64,000 bases of DNA, taken from the IMG/VR virus record IMGVR_UViG_3300027806_000039, positions 1-64,000 of that record; one strand, given 5' to 3'. The position numbers were made by a program, and so were the translations under genes. The notes below the pieces were generated by a model. The model did no database searches and was not told the DNA's origin. It worked only from the letters and a program-made list of their open reading frames with translations. The DNA comes from a virus. Positions 18,350 through 28,071 of the stretch are shown in pieces (position 1 is the first letter of the stretch; each line of letters starts with the position of its first letter).

Positions 18350-19230
18350 GTTCGATTTAGTGCAGAGCGGAAAGCTGACATTGCGGTTGTGTAAGCAGAC
18401 ACTTGCGATGCAGTCATAGTTTGTCCGATTGAATACGCACTTATCCGTGCGTTGACCCTCTCGCCCACAGTTTGAGCCGCGCCATGCGCCCCGCCAAAAA
18501 CGGCGAAGCCGTGCGCGTCTGGGTAGGTGATGGATGTTGTTGCGTCAGTGCCTTCGGGTGCGCCATTGCGATAAAACGTAGGCCAAGCGCCGACAAGGTG
18601 GCCGGCACCAATGTCGGATGCGTTTATCAAAGTCCCAAAATCACCAGAGTACGGGCCGTAGACGCCAAACGTGCAGCATCTATTTGTGCTGCCCGTTCTG
18701 GCGTCCAAGTTTGCAAGCCAACCGCCAAAAGACCCCGTCTCACCGGCCTGCCTGGCTCTATAGACGCTGATTATTGAACGAAAGCTGGTTTGCGTGTTTG
18801 CAGAGCGAATGTCTGCCGATAGGTGTAGATTTGCCGCTGCGGTGACGTTGCCAGGAACCCCAGTCAGCAGTGACTTGGTGCTTCCATTGCCTTGCAATCC
18901 AGCCGACGATCCTGTGTTATTGAAATCAGTGCCGACGAAATTGTTATTGGTATCGGTGACAAGTCCACGCGCCGACGCCGTCAGGCTCTCAGCCCTATAA
19001 AGCGGCACCAGAGCCGCCGCAAGCTGGTCGCCGCAGAACAGGTTCAGCCGGTAGAAGCGGTCGCGGATGCCAGCGGCGTTGATGCTGGCACAGAACGTCG
19101 AAACCGCCGCCAGCGTGTTGCTGCTGACGGTGCCGCCGTTGGTCGTGACGCGGGTCACCCAGTCCAGGGCGTCCGGGTGGACGGCGGTGCCGCTGGCTCG
19201 CGGGCGCAGGAGTCGTGGGCTAAGTGGCAT
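18346..19230 (-). CDS. Putative virion receptor-binding / LamG-like protein
   Basis: MPLSPRLLRPRAS leader, beta-rich G/T/S composition, C-terminal LamG-like ending. Confidence 0.5.
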   Translation of the reverse strand: MPLSPRLLRPRASGTAVHPDALDWVTRVTTNGGTVSSNTLAAVSTFCASINAAGIRDRFYRLNLFCGDQLAAALVPLYRAESLTASARGLVTDTNNNFVGTDFNNTGSSAGLQGNGSTKSLLTGVPGNVTAAANLHLSADIRSANTQTSFRSIISVYRARQAGETGSFGGWLANLDARTGSTNRCCTFGVYGPYSGDFGTLINASDIGAGHLVGAWPTFYRNGAPEGTDATTSITYPDAHGFAVFGGAHGAAQTVGERVNARISAYSIGQTMTASQVSAYTTAMSAFRSALNRT

Positions 19231-19261
19231 GGCGCGGCGTTACTGTAGGGATGTAAGGTCG

Positions 19262-19522
19262 TCAGTTCTGGTCGCGCCCAGCGTCGGTGCCGGTCGCGGT
19301 CATCTTCGGCTGTAGGGCGTACAGGAGCTTCGTCTGCTCCGTGATCGCCTTGGCAATCTCTCGCTGCGTCTCCCGCAGTTCCTTCACCGTTGTACGGTGT
19401 TCGTCAAGCAACGGGATCAACAGGTCGGTGCGGATGAACCACGCCAGAAACACGGCGACCAGTGACGGGAAGCCGTACTTCGAGAGCAGCTCGAACATGG
19501 TGTCTTTGGCGGCGTCGGTCAT
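19262..19522 (-). CDS. Putative holin
   Basis: One TM helix (KYGFPSLVAVFLAWFI) followed by coiled coil. Confidence 0.5.
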   Translation of the reverse strand: MTDAAKDTMFELLSKYGFPSLVAVFLAWFIRTDLLIPLLDEHRTTVKELRETQREIAKAITEQTKLLYALQPKMTATGTDAGRDQN

Positions 19523-19881
19523 TTCGTTAGCTCATGTTGCATCACTGTCAGTAGCGCCCGATGTGACAGTCGCTCCAACCACCACTTCACGAGCCACTGT
19601 ACTACTGCGACCGCAACGGCTTGCAGCAGGAACACCCAGATGAACCCGTACTCGCCAGGCTCCTGTCCGCTCATGGCCTGATGCTCACGCTTCACCGCAG
19701 TAAGCAGGGCATGCACGTAAACGTCACGCTGCTGGTTGTCGCGGCAGGCCGTGAGGTAGTCGCCAGACCAGTTGGCGACCGACAACTGCACGAGGTCGTT
19801 CACGGCGGCTCGGCCCACGAGCCTCTTGCGGATCGGCGGCAGGGCGGCCCAGCATGCTGACTGGAGGTCGGCGAGCGTCAT
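19519..19881 (-). CDS. Membrane protein
   Basis: C-terminal hydrophobic helix. Confidence 0.55.
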   Translation of the reverse strand: MTLADLQSACWAALPPIRKRLVGRAAVNDLVQLSVANWSGDYLTACRDNQQRDVYVHALLTAVKREHQAMSGQEPGEYGFIWVFLLQAVAVAVVQWLVKWWLERLSHRALLTVMQHELTK

Positions 19882-20180
19882 GGCCGGCACTTTCCATCTG
19901 GGCAGGGCTGAGCCGCCTTCGGCTTTTTGCAGACGCAGGTCGGCGGGCATGGGCACGGCGTGCGGTGGCCGTCGCCATGCGTGATGTATCCCGTGCCTTT
20001 GCATTGCGTGCAGCACTCGCCCGGCTTCGGTGCAGGCTCGGGGGCGGGCGGCAACTGCCGCATCCGCACAACCTCCCGAGCCACCTCACACGCTAGGTCG
20101 GCGGTCAACGAATCATCGGCGGGCAGGCTGGCGACGCAGCCCACGAACGCCACCGTCAGAACGATCAGCCACCGAGTCAC
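19878..20180 (-). CDS. Putative lipoprotein with Cys-rich Zn-finger-like tail
   Basis: Signal peptide ending FVGC; CTQCKGTG...PCPCPPTC. Confidence 0.6.
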   Translation of the reverse strand: MTRWLIVLTVAFVGCVASLPADDSLTADLACEVAREVVRMRQLPPAPEPAPKPGECCTQCKGTGYITHGDGHRTPCPCPPTCVCKKPKAAQPCPDGKCRP

Positions 20181-21175
20181 AGGATGCCTCCAGTCCAATC
20201 GGGCAACTGCTTGGCAGGCCATCCGTTGACGCCAGAGAACGCGATGGCGTATCGGCCTTTGCAGTCCGACCATCTCGACCAGAACGCCCCATGCGGGATC
20301 TCAAGCTGCGTGCCAAGGACCGACCGGCCACCGCTGTTCCACTTTCCCCAACTGTTTTGGATCAGCACCAGCGGTTCGCCGTAGGCCCGCTTGATTTCGT
20401 CGCGGTCATCGACGCCAAGGTAGGCGAGAGCGTGAGCCCAGCCCTGCGAAGTGCGGCGGCTGACGCCGTTGGAATCCCTTGTCTCTGACCACGATTCGCC
20501 ACCACACGAAGAGATGCAGTAGCCGTTCGCCAAAAGGTCTCGCACTTCCTCGAACGTCCTGGCCCTGGTCGCCGTTCGCACGAGATGCTCAGCCCCGATC
20601 TTGCGAATCTCGGCCCCCGGCTTGGACGCTCCCCACTTACCAGCCAGCTTGCCGTCGTACCGCGTGAGGTCGATGCCGAGTTGTTCGTACCGCTTGCGGA
20701 GCCACAGGCCTGACTCTTTCAACACCACTTCGGCGGCGTGGTCGCAGCTCCACCCGTCCCCACCGTGCGAGCGAAACCAGTAGATCGCTTCACACGAGAG
20801 CACGCCGTCTCGGCGGGCCTCGTCGCTGATGTCTGGGGCACCCTCACGCAGGCCCGTCACCTCGTCAGGCTGGCCAGCGGCGATCTCGCAGGCGAGCGTG
20901 CCTAGGCAGGCGTTCCGCGTCGAGTGAGCCACACAGTCGCCACGGGTCTGAGCCGACGCGGGCAGCGAGCCGGGGAAGACTTGCTCGATCACGGCCCACG
21001 GAGCCGACAGCTTGCCAGCCCCGGAGCCGACGAGCCCGTAGCGGCGACAGGTCGTGCCGCCGTCCGGTGCCTGTCCTTGCTGGAGAAGGTACTGCGTCAG
21101 CCTCTCAGACGCGGCAGGATCGGCGTATACGCCGACCAGCCCACGCAGATACTCCTCCTGAGGGTTCCACGGCAT
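20177..21175 (-). CDS. Papain-like (C1) cysteine peptidase, candidate lysin
   Basis: QTRGDCVAH, WAHAL, QNSWG catalytic motifs. Confidence 0.8.
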   Translation of the reverse strand: MPWNPQEEYLRGLVGVYADPAASERLTQYLLQQGQAPDGGTTCRRYGLVGSGAGKLSAPWAVIEQVFPGSLPASAQTRGDCVAHSTRNACLGTLACEIAAGQPDEVTGLREGAPDISDEARRDGVLSCEAIYWFRSHGGDGWSCDHAAEVVLKESGLWLRKRYEQLGIDLTRYDGKLAGKWGASKPGAEIRKIGAEHLVRTATRARTFEEVRDLLANGYCISSCGGESWSETRDSNGVSRRTSQGWAHALAYLGVDDRDEIKRAYGEPLVLIQNSWGKWNSGGRSVLGTQLEIPHGAFWSRWSDCKGRYAIAFSGVNGWPAKQLPDWTGGIL

Positions 21176-21179
21176 GGGG

Positions 21180-21791
21180 TCACCCTCGCGGCGGCAGGGC
21201 CGCCCAGGCGATGGCGCGGCACAGTTCGGCAAATTCCTTCCGCAGTTCCGGCGTCACCGTCACCACGTCCTTGCCGATCACGTTGGCAAACGCGGCCTCG
21301 GTCGCCTCCCGCAGCCCGGCGTACTTGCCCGGCTGGTTGCCACCGATCCGACGCCAGCCAATGTCGAGAGCCAGAACGACGAACGCCCGCAGCGAGCGAG
21401 TGTCGGTGAAGACCACCTCGCCCACGATGGCATCGCCGCCGACCACGACCGCCGCCTTCGTCCACAACTGCGCCCAAAGCATGCGGTCTGACATAGGGGC
21501 AGAGGCGAACGCATCTGCCACCGGCTTCACTTTCAACTGCATCGCATCACTCGGCGTCTCGACCTTCACCGACTGCACCACGCCCGGCAACGCCAGCGAC
21601 GGCATCGGCACCTTGCCCCACGCCGCCGCGACAATCAGAGCGGCTGCTGCAATCCGTGCGAGGAGTCCGGCTTTTTCTTTGCCGGCTTCCAACGCACGGT
21701 GCGCGAGGGCTTGGATTTGTGCCCGGTAGGGAGCAAGCAATAGAGCCGCCGCAGCAAGTACGGCAGCGGCACGAAGCGAAGAGTCATTCAC
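21180..21791 (-). CDS. Membrane protein
   Basis: Two N-terminal hydrophobic segments. Confidence 0.55.
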   Translation of the reverse strand: MNDSSLRAAAVLAAAALLLAPYRAQIQALAHRALEAGKEKAGLLARIAAAALIVAAAWGKVPMPSLALPGVVQSVKVETPSDAMQLKVKPVADAFASAPMSDRMLWAQLWTKAAVVVGGDAIVGEVVFTDTRSLRAFVVLALDIGWRRIGGNQPGKYAGLREATEAAFANVIGKDVVTVTPELRKEFAELCRAIAWAALPPRG

Positions 21792-22093
21792 CGACGCATC
21801 CCTTCGATCTTGTCCACGGCCCACCTGACCAGCTGCTCGCCCTCTTTGGTTTTGAGCAGGGCCGCGACGTGCTTTACCAACTCGTCGTCCAGGCCGCTGT
21901 CGGTCTTGCTTGCCAGCCATTCGCACGCTTCTCCAACCACAACCGCCTTGGCATACGGATCAAACGCCGAGAGGTAGCGCTGCCCGAACGTCAGGAGCGG
22001 GGCGAAAGAATTCAGCAGCGCGAGCTTCTCCCAAATGGTGAGGTTCGCACCGTACTGCCCGACTTCCTCGGGCGTCATTTCAAAAGCGGGCAT
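21788..22093 (-). CDS. Conserved phage hypothetical protein (homolog of 1374-1640)
   Basis: Shared EWLASKT motif. Confidence 0.75.
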   Translation of the reverse strand: MPAFEMTPEEVGQYGANLTIWEKLALLNSFAPLLTFGQRYLSAFDPYAKAVVVGEACEWLASKTDSGLDDELVKHVAALLKTKEGEQLVRWAVDKIEGMRR

Positions 22094-22098
22094 GGGCG

Positions 22099-22365
22099 TC
22101 AGTCCTCCTTCTCAGAGTCTGCCGGTTCATCGCCCGCCTCTGGCAGAGGGAAAACGACCGTGTCGTTTATCCAGTCCCAGAGGTAATCCCACGTGGCTTT
22201 TGCGTCCTCGCGCACTTCGGCAAGCGAAAGCGTGTACGGCTGCCGCCAGATTTCCTCGGCCTCCCCGACGACCTTACCGCCCTCGGTCTCCATCCTGGCG
22301 TAGATGTAACGACGCCCAAACTCGAGCGTGATCCGCCGGTCGATGTAGTCCTTGTCGGCGGGCAT
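22099..22365 (-). CDS. Hypothetical protein
   Basis: ORF coupled to neighbours. Confidence 0.55.
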   Translation of the reverse strand: MPADKDYIDRRITLEFGRRYIYARMETEGGKVVGEAEEIWRQPYTLSLAEVREDAKATWDYLWDWINDTVVFPLPEAGDEPADSEKED

Positions 22366-22757
22366 CAGTCATCCCACGACTCCATCGCGTCGCGGGCCTC
22401 GTCGGTGAGTTCAATTCTGGTGAGCGAAAACATCGTCGGCTTCGTCACCTGCCGCTCATGTCGCGTCGCTTCCGTCCACGATATTTGCACGCAGGTCACT
22501 CTTGCAGCGATCATCGGCGCGAGACTCAGGCTCGACTCCGATGCCGCAATCTCCTCTGGCGTCGGTGCCGCAAGCCGCTCAGGCTTCTTCCGCAGCTTGC
22601 GGTCGTGACGCTTCGGCAGATGCCAGTAGTCACGAAGACGCACGACTTGGTCGCGGCTCACCGAGTAGCGGTCGCACAGATCACGCATCGTCACATGCGC
22701 CATCCAGTCGGCGTGAAACGCGGTGACGACGATGGTGGCGGTGTTACCGCGTGGCAT
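22365..22757 (-). CDS. Putative HTH DNA-binding protein
   Basis: W...T.RDLCDRYSVS...LPKR; resembles 26411-26746. Confidence 0.5.
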   Translation of the reverse strand: MPRGNTATIVVTAFHADWMAHVTMRDLCDRYSVSRDQVVRLRDYWHLPKRHDRKLRKKPERLAAPTPEEIAASESSLSLAPMIAARVTCVQISWTEATRHERQVTKPTMFSLTRIELTDEARDAMESWDD

Positions 22758-22766
22758 CCTTGCTGC

Positions 22767-23483
22767 TCATTTTTTCTTTCGAGTCTTTGCAGGAGCCGTG
22801 ATCCTAGCCGCGTATGCAAATCCAAACATTCGCTGCGGCTCTGGAGGCTTTGCGCCCTTTTTGACGTTGTCCATGGCCCACATTGGCCTGAGATTCTTGT
22901 AGTTGAACGCAGCTAATTGCTGCTTTTCATCGCGCAAATCAAAAAGAGCAAGCGGGATGATGTGATCTATGTGCCACTTCCCTCTGTTATCCCAGCTCAT
23001 TCCGTCCGTAAACTGCGACTCAATATGAGCAACCAAAGTATCGATGTCGCATCCGACATATGCGATTGTTCTGCCGCTTTTGGGCTTTTCTCTGTTGTTG
23101 AGTACTCCGCACAAGCGAACGCGAACTCTTTGCCGAAGCCAGAACGCATAATCAGTTGAAAGTTTTTTCTTTACATACCGAAGGTTGTATTCCCTTACGC
23201 GATCTTTATTCCTTTTCCGCCATGCCGTTTCTCGGACGCGGTCGGCTTTTGCCCTCCGTTTAGCAGCTGCCTTTCCTTGCTCTCGCAGCCTGTCCCTATT
23301 GGCCTTGTAATATGCTTTTCTGCTCTCACGAATCCTGTCTGCATTTTTTTCTGCATACTCCCTCGATCTCTGCAAAATCCGATCTTTGTTCGCTTGGTAA
23401 TAGGCTTTTTCGTATGCGGATCTGGCCCGCTTTCTTGCCAGAAGTTCTTCTTCTTTTGGCTGTGTAGAATCAGCCATAGCCAT
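22767..23483 (-). CDS. HNH-like homing endonuclease
   Basis: Basic repeats then GMSWDNRGKWHIDHIIPL...NYKNLRPMWA.DN.KKG; lower GC. Confidence 0.75.
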   Translation of the reverse strand: MAMADSTQPKEEELLARKRARSAYEKAYYQANKDRILQRSREYAEKNADRIRESRKAYYKANRDRLREQGKAAAKRRAKADRVRETAWRKRNKDRVREYNLRYVKKKLSTDYAFWLRQRVRVRLCGVLNNREKPKSGRTIAYVGCDIDTLVAHIESQFTDGMSWDNRGKWHIDHIIPLALFDLRDEKQQLAAFNYKNLRPMWAMDNVKKGAKPPEPQRMFGFAYAARITAPAKTRKKK

Positions 23484-23553
23484 CTCTCCTATGTCAGTAG
23501 GGGTGCTGGTTAGAGACGGCGGCGGGCTGCAATCCCGTCGCCGTTTCGTCTTT

Positions 23554-24504
23554 TTATACCCCCTCACTAGGCGGATCACAACTGTGCATCCATCGCATAA
23601 ACGTCCTTTGCGATGGGTTCACGAACATTCGCTTCCCTGTCTTTTTGGCGATAGCGCGATGCGCCGAAGTGTGTTCGCAGTCCGATGAGCCGTCGTACTC
23701 CGCGTGCAGGTAATCCTCTGTCCTGTAGATGCAGAGTCCGCCGAACGCGCTGGCGACCACGACTGGAGATGATCCGACAGGCGGAAGCCAGTTGTGTTTC
23801 CAGCCTCCTTCTCCTCGCGTGTAGTCGTCAAAATAAACATCTGGCTGACCAATCCCCCTGGCTGCCCAGCAGTCGTAGTGAAGCCAGGAGCGGCTCACCA
23901 CGGGATGGCCGCGATCGTCTTGCTTTAGCGATGGATGCTCGAGCAGCGACACGCTGGCCATTCCGAACGCACCCTGTAAATCAACCATCCAGCCGATGCC
24001 GTTTAGCACGCCGTCATGCCACCAACCGCCCCAGGCGTCGAAGTCCACCGCCATCACGTAGTCGCAGTCGGCGGCGTTTTCCCGCACCCATCGCTGGCAC
24101 GCCGTGCGGTACTCCGCAAGCTGCACCGTTCGACGCCCGCCGAACTCGCCGCTGTAGCTCTCTCGCCCGAGACGCTGTGAAGCGAACGTCGCCTGCCGAT
24201 ACTCTGAGGCGAAGTCGGCGAGCACCTGCACTGTGTCGTCGGCCGAGTCGTTTTCCTCAATGTGCAGCCGCCACGACTCACACTCGCCGGCTATCCGCAG
24301 CACGCGAGACAGGTTGCCGGCGAGGGCCGATGCACAGTCGCGGGCCAGCCCGACGAAGCACACCTTGGCATGCCGCAGCCGGTAGCGGCCAAGCTGCACC
24401 TGGGCTGCGTAGTCTGCCGCGAACTCCGGCAGCGGCAGCACCAGATGCTCATGCACCTGCGGCGCGGGAGGCAAGATCGCGGATCGTTCCAAGCCTGTCG
24501 GCAT
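23554..24504 (-). CDS. Glycosyltransferase (CAP59/GT69-like)
   Basis: GLARD, EENDS.D.T, LAEYR, DFD, YDxWA, SAFGGLCIY and CEH motifs. Confidence 0.7.
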   Translation of the reverse strand: MPTGLERSAILPPAPQVHEHLVLPLPEFAADYAAQVQLGRYRLRHAKVCFVGLARDCASALAGNLSRVLRIAGECESWRLHIEENDSADDTVQVLADFASEYRQATFASQRLGRESYSGEFGGRRTVQLAEYRTACQRWVRENAADCDYVMAVDFDAWGGWWHDGVLNGIGWMVDLQGAFGMASVSLLEHPSLKQDDRGHPVVSRSWLHYDCWAARGIGQPDVYFDDYTRGEGGWKHNWLPPVGSSPVVVASAFGGLCIYRTEDYLHAEYDGSSDCEHTSAHRAIAKKTGKRMFVNPSQRTFMRWMHSCDPPSEGV

Positions 24505-25084
24505 ATTGGGTCACGTGCATGAAGTAAGGACTGTCGCACTTGCGTCGGTCTGCTGGGTGATGGTTCCACTCAGGCCCGAGAAACGTTGTGCGGTGATAGA
24601 GCGTGGTCGGTGTGTCAAGCCGGCCGACCGGCCCCGGCTCTACCGCGTAGCCCATCAGCCGCATGATGGCGGCCTGCTCCCACCACGGGTGATGCGGGAA
24701 CTCTGCCCCAATGTTCCACGCCTTGAGCAGCACGTCTTGCATAGCCTGCGTCACGGCCCACACGCCGCAGTTCGGGACGCGCCCGCACTCGGTGTGATGT
24801 TCAACAAGAGCGTGATCCGTATCGGGCCTCAACTCTACGAACACATCATGCCACGGCTGGATGATCACAACATCGGCATCGAGCCAGAGTACGCGGTCAA
24901 AATAGCCGAGCATGCCATGAACAACAGGTAACTTGCTCCACGACGCAGGCCGTTGGCTCTGCAACTCAAACGACCGAAACTCACAGCCGTGTCGCTCCGC
25001 ATACTTCGCCATGAGCGGAGCCGTGATCTCGCTCATCTGCCGATGCTCGTCGCCGCTCCATCCTGTGACGATGCACGCTTTCAC
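24449..25084 (-). CDS. Glycosyltransferase (GT34-like)
   Basis: YAERHG, SWSKL, WLDADV, NCGV, WEQAA motifs. Confidence 0.75.
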   Translation of the reverse strand: MKACIVTGWSGDEHRQMSEITAPLMAKYAERHGCEFRSFELQSQRPASWSKLPVVHGMLGYFDRVLWLDADVVIIQPWHDVFVELRPDTDHALVEHHTECGRVPNCGVWAVTQAMQDVLLKAWNIGAEFPHHPWWEQAAIMRLMGYAVEPGPVGRLDTPTTLYHRTTFLGPEWNHHPADRRKCDSPYFMHVTQYADRLGTIRDLASRAAGA

Positions 25085-25608
25085 TTGACCCCCACGAACA
25101 TCTGCCGGCCGCGAGCGTCAGGCTCAAGAACCATCGTGCGGCCGAAGCGCTTGGCTATTGCGGACTGCGAGGTCGGCGACAGCTGCTCCCAATCGTGAAT
25201 CGCGAGCGTGTCGCACAGCCCGGCCGCAGTGAGGTACTCAGGCAAAACGGCATCGCCATGGCATGCGTCGTGAAAGATCATGTCCCACGGCTCCAGCCCA
25301 AGCTGGCAATCACGCAGGAACCGCCCGGCATCGGCCTGCACCGGCTGGATGTTCTCCAGTTCGAGCAGCGCCCAGTACGCCACGCGATCCGCCTCACAAA
25401 CCGTGTCGCACAGATCCACGCTGACGACCATCGACTCTGGAGCCGCGATGGCGAGCGCCGCCGTACTGATGCCGGCGTGGCTCCCAAGCTCAAGAATCCG
25501 CCAGCCATCCTGGCCGGCGACGATCTCGCACAGAAACGCAATGTGCTCTCGCGCAGTCGTCATCTGGTGCGAGTCATCGACGCCGGCCAGGTATTCCTCA
25601 TAGGTCAT
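25081..25608 (-). CDS. Class I SAM-dependent methyltransferase
   Basis: ILELGSHAGIS, SVD, IFHDACH, HD motifs. Confidence 0.75.
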   Translation of the reverse strand: MTYEEYLAGVDDSHQMTTAREHIAFLCEIVAGQDGWRILELGSHAGISTAALAIAAPESMVVSVDLCDTVCEADRVAYWALLELENIQPVQADAGRFLRDCQLGLEPWDMIFHDACHGDAVLPEYLTAAGLCDTLAIHDWEQLSPTSQSAIAKRFGRTMVLEPDARGRQMFVGVK

Positions 25609-25612
25609 GGCG

Positions 25613-25924
25613 TCACTCGTAGCGGATCACGGCGAACCAGCCGCGGCGAACTGGCGACCACGCCACCGCTTTCTCAACGATGCGATACCGCCCGTAGTAG
25701 CAGCACGACCGCAGGGCCGCATCGGGGCCAGCCGTCGAGAATCCGATCCCTTCACGCCGCCCGCCGTTGCGGCCACAGTGCCGCAGGATGCCCGTGCGTG
25801 CCATCTCGTCGGCATCGATCTGGGCCGACGAGATATTCACGCGGCGAGCGTAGATGTTCGTGTCGGCGGAAGCCGAGCACGCGAGCATGGCCAGGGCAAG
25901 AGTCAGGATGAAACGCATGGTCAC
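25613..25924 (-). CDS. Secreted minimal CAP/SCP-like protein
   Basis: Signal peptide; MARTGILRH...EGIG...GWFAVIRY. Confidence 0.5.
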   Translation of the reverse strand: MTMRFILTLALAMLACSASADTNIYARRVNISSAQIDADEMARTGILRHCGRNGGRREGIGFSTAGPDAALRSCCYYGRYRIVEKAVAWSPVRRGWFAVIRYE

Positions 25925-25981
25925 TCTCCGTGGTGAAATTCGCCCGTCCGTGGGCGACGTGCGGAGAGTCTGCCGAGAGTG

Positions 25982-26389
25982 TCAAGCGATCCGAACCGTC
26001 GTGCGGCCTTGGTTGCCGTAGCTCTTCTCGACCACCACTCGCCCGACCTGCGTATCGTCCACCCACGCCACGCCATTCAAGGCGTCCTCTATCCCCTTGA
26101 GGCAGTTCGAGCAGTCCGCCCGCGGCAGCTTCGGAGCCGTTGCCTTCAGCCCGCTCTTCAGGAAGTGGCTCTTCGGGCGGGCGAACACGAGATCGACAAT
26201 CAGCGTGATTGGGGCCGCGTCAGTCGGCGTCGCACCGGCCTGCCGGGCGGCGGCAGCAATCGCCGCCCGGTAGGAGTGAATCGGATGGCTTGCAGGCGTA
26301 TACGCATGCCCGTGCCGGCCGCGAGTGGAGATGCGTGGCCGCGGCTGCGGCACTGGATCGCCCGGCACCTCGAATGAAATCGCTTTCAT
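25982..26389 (-). CDS. rusA: RusA-family Holliday junction resolvase
   Basis: PVPQPRPR, DxxNxxKxxxDALNG..WxDDxQV. Confidence 0.85.
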   Translation of the reverse strand: MKAISFEVPGDPVPQPRPRISTRGRHGHAYTPASHPIHSYRAAIAAAARQAGATPTDAAPITLIVDLVFARPKSHFLKSGLKATAPKLPRADCSNCLKGIEDALNGVAWVDDTQVGRVVVEKSYGNQGRTTVRIA

Positions 26390-26410
26390 TCCGGCATCGT
26401 GGCGATGCCG

Positions 26411-26746
26411 TCAAGCAACCCACTCGCCAGCGATCTTCAACTCACGAATTCGCGACAGCACCCACGGCGATAGCTCGAGCGTCTCCATCGGCTCGGGCTC
26501 GCCCCAATCGTCTGGACAGCCGCCAATCTCATGGCGAACCACGGCAGCACGCTTCGGCAACGCATGCTTCTTCGCCAGGAGGTACAGCTGCTTGTCGGTG
26601 ATCCCGAGCTTGCGGGCCACCTCAATCGTCGTCAGCCGCTGGTCGGCCCACGCGGCGAAGAGATTCTTCACTGGTACCGCGCTGGCCCGTTTCATCATGC
26701 GGGCGTTTGACTTTCGTACGGGCACTGCATCAAACAATCCGGCCAT
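26411..26746 (-). CDS. HTH DNA-binding protein
   Basis: TTIEVARKLGIT...LPKR. Confidence 0.55.
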   Translation of the reverse strand: MAGLFDAVPVRKSNARMMKRASAVPVKNLFAAWADQRLTTIEVARKLGITDKQLYLLAKKHALPKRAAVVRHEIGGCPDDWGEPEPMETLELSPWVLSRIRELKIAGEWVA

Positions 26747-26817
26747 CGTCGCTTCCTACTTGGTGTGTTGGATGATGCCGCCGCGCCGACCCGATGCCGA
26801 CGCGGCGGCACTGTCAG

Positions 26818-27963
26818 TCAATCCTTCGCCAGCGGCATCACGATGCAGCGGCAGTCCTGTGCTCGCAGCACGACCGCCGACTGCTCGTTCTCGGCCTCGA
26901 TCTCAATCGTCTCCTCGTCATCGAACGACCCGCAGCCGAGCCACTCCGTGACGAACCGCGGGTCGAGGCTCACGCTGCACGTGTCGCCCGACTCGACCAG
27001 ATCACACGTGCATGACGCCTCGCCGGCCTCGGCAGAACAGCTCGTCAGATGCAGCCCCTCGCCCGTGAAGGCAAACGTCACGCCCTTCGACTGCTCCGAG
27101 GTGCAGATCGCGGCCTGCCGGCACGCCGCACGCAGCGCCCCGACCACAGCCGACGACGGCTTCACCGTCCGCGTCGGCTCTACGTCACGCCAGTTCGGGA
27201 ACCGGCCATCGACTAGCACCGCCCGGATCGTCGTGCCGCCGATCTCGGCCACGATCATCCGGTCACTTGCGTCGATCTGGATGCGGTCATCCGATCCCGC
27301 CAGCCGGCACAGCACATCGACCACCCGTCGCGGCACAATCGGGGCTCGCCGCTGCCCGTTCTTCGGCTCACGCACGAAGTCATCGGTGGACACGTCCACC
27401 TCGCACTCAGCCACGCACATCCGCCGGCCATCGGTGCCGATAAGCGACAGCATGCCCTTGTAGAACTCGATCAGCACACCACCGAGGGCGTAGCGGCTGC
27501 TCTCGTTATCCGTGGCGAAACGGACGGAATTCATCAGCGTGACGAACTGGTCACCCGGCAGATGTACCATCGGCTTCGCGTCCACCTCGCCGGCTGCCGG
27601 GAACTCCCGAGCGTCTTCGACAGGCAGTCGCCACTGGCCACGGCCCGAGCGGACGATGCACGACGTGCCGTCCGCCAGTAGTTCCACGGTGTCGCCCTGG
27701 TCGAGCGACCCGACGATCTTGGTCAGCCGCTCATGCGGCAGTAGCAGATCCGGCCCGTCATAGCAGTCGAGAGGCGTCGTGATCCGCAGTTCGAGGTCCG
27801 TGCCCGTCAGCGTCTCGCCGGAGAGCAAAACGTTCGACAGGATCGGCTTCGGGCTGCGGGCCTGAACAGCCGGGGCCACGGCGTGCAGCGCACGCTTGAG
27901 GTCTGCCACCGACACGCTCGTGCCGGTCACACGCTTCTTTCGTTCCTTCGTTGCTGTCGTCAT
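26818..27963 (-). CDS. dnaN: DNA polymerase III beta sliding clamp
   Basis: KPILSNVLL, TDLE, SRYALGGV, TDGRRM, GRFPNW and VMPL motifs. Confidence 0.9.
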   Translation of the reverse strand: MTTATKERKKRVTGTSVSVADLKRALHAVAPAVQARSPKPILSNVLLSGETLTGTDLELRITTPLDCYDGPDLLLPHERLTKIVGSLDQGDTVELLADGTSCIVRSGRGQWRLPVEDAREFPAAGEVDAKPMVHLPGDQFVTLMNSVRFATDNESSRYALGGVLIEFYKGMLSLIGTDGRRMCVAECEVDVSTDDFVREPKNGQRRAPIVPRRVVDVLCRLAGSDDRIQIDASDRMIVAEIGGTTIRAVLVDGRFPNWRDVEPTRTVKPSSAVVGALRAACRQAAICTSEQSKGVTFAFTGEGLHLTSCSAEAGEASCTCDLVESGDTCSVSLDPRFVTEWLGCGSFDDEETIEIEAENEQSAVVLRAQDCRCIVMPLAKD

Positions 27964-28071
27964 TGCGAGATTCCTTTCTCAACTGGAGTGAAACACCTAC
28001 CGCCACCCCGAGTGCGAACGTGCACGCGAGGAGAAGTTCGCCAATCGCCACCATCACGAAGTCACTGATGG

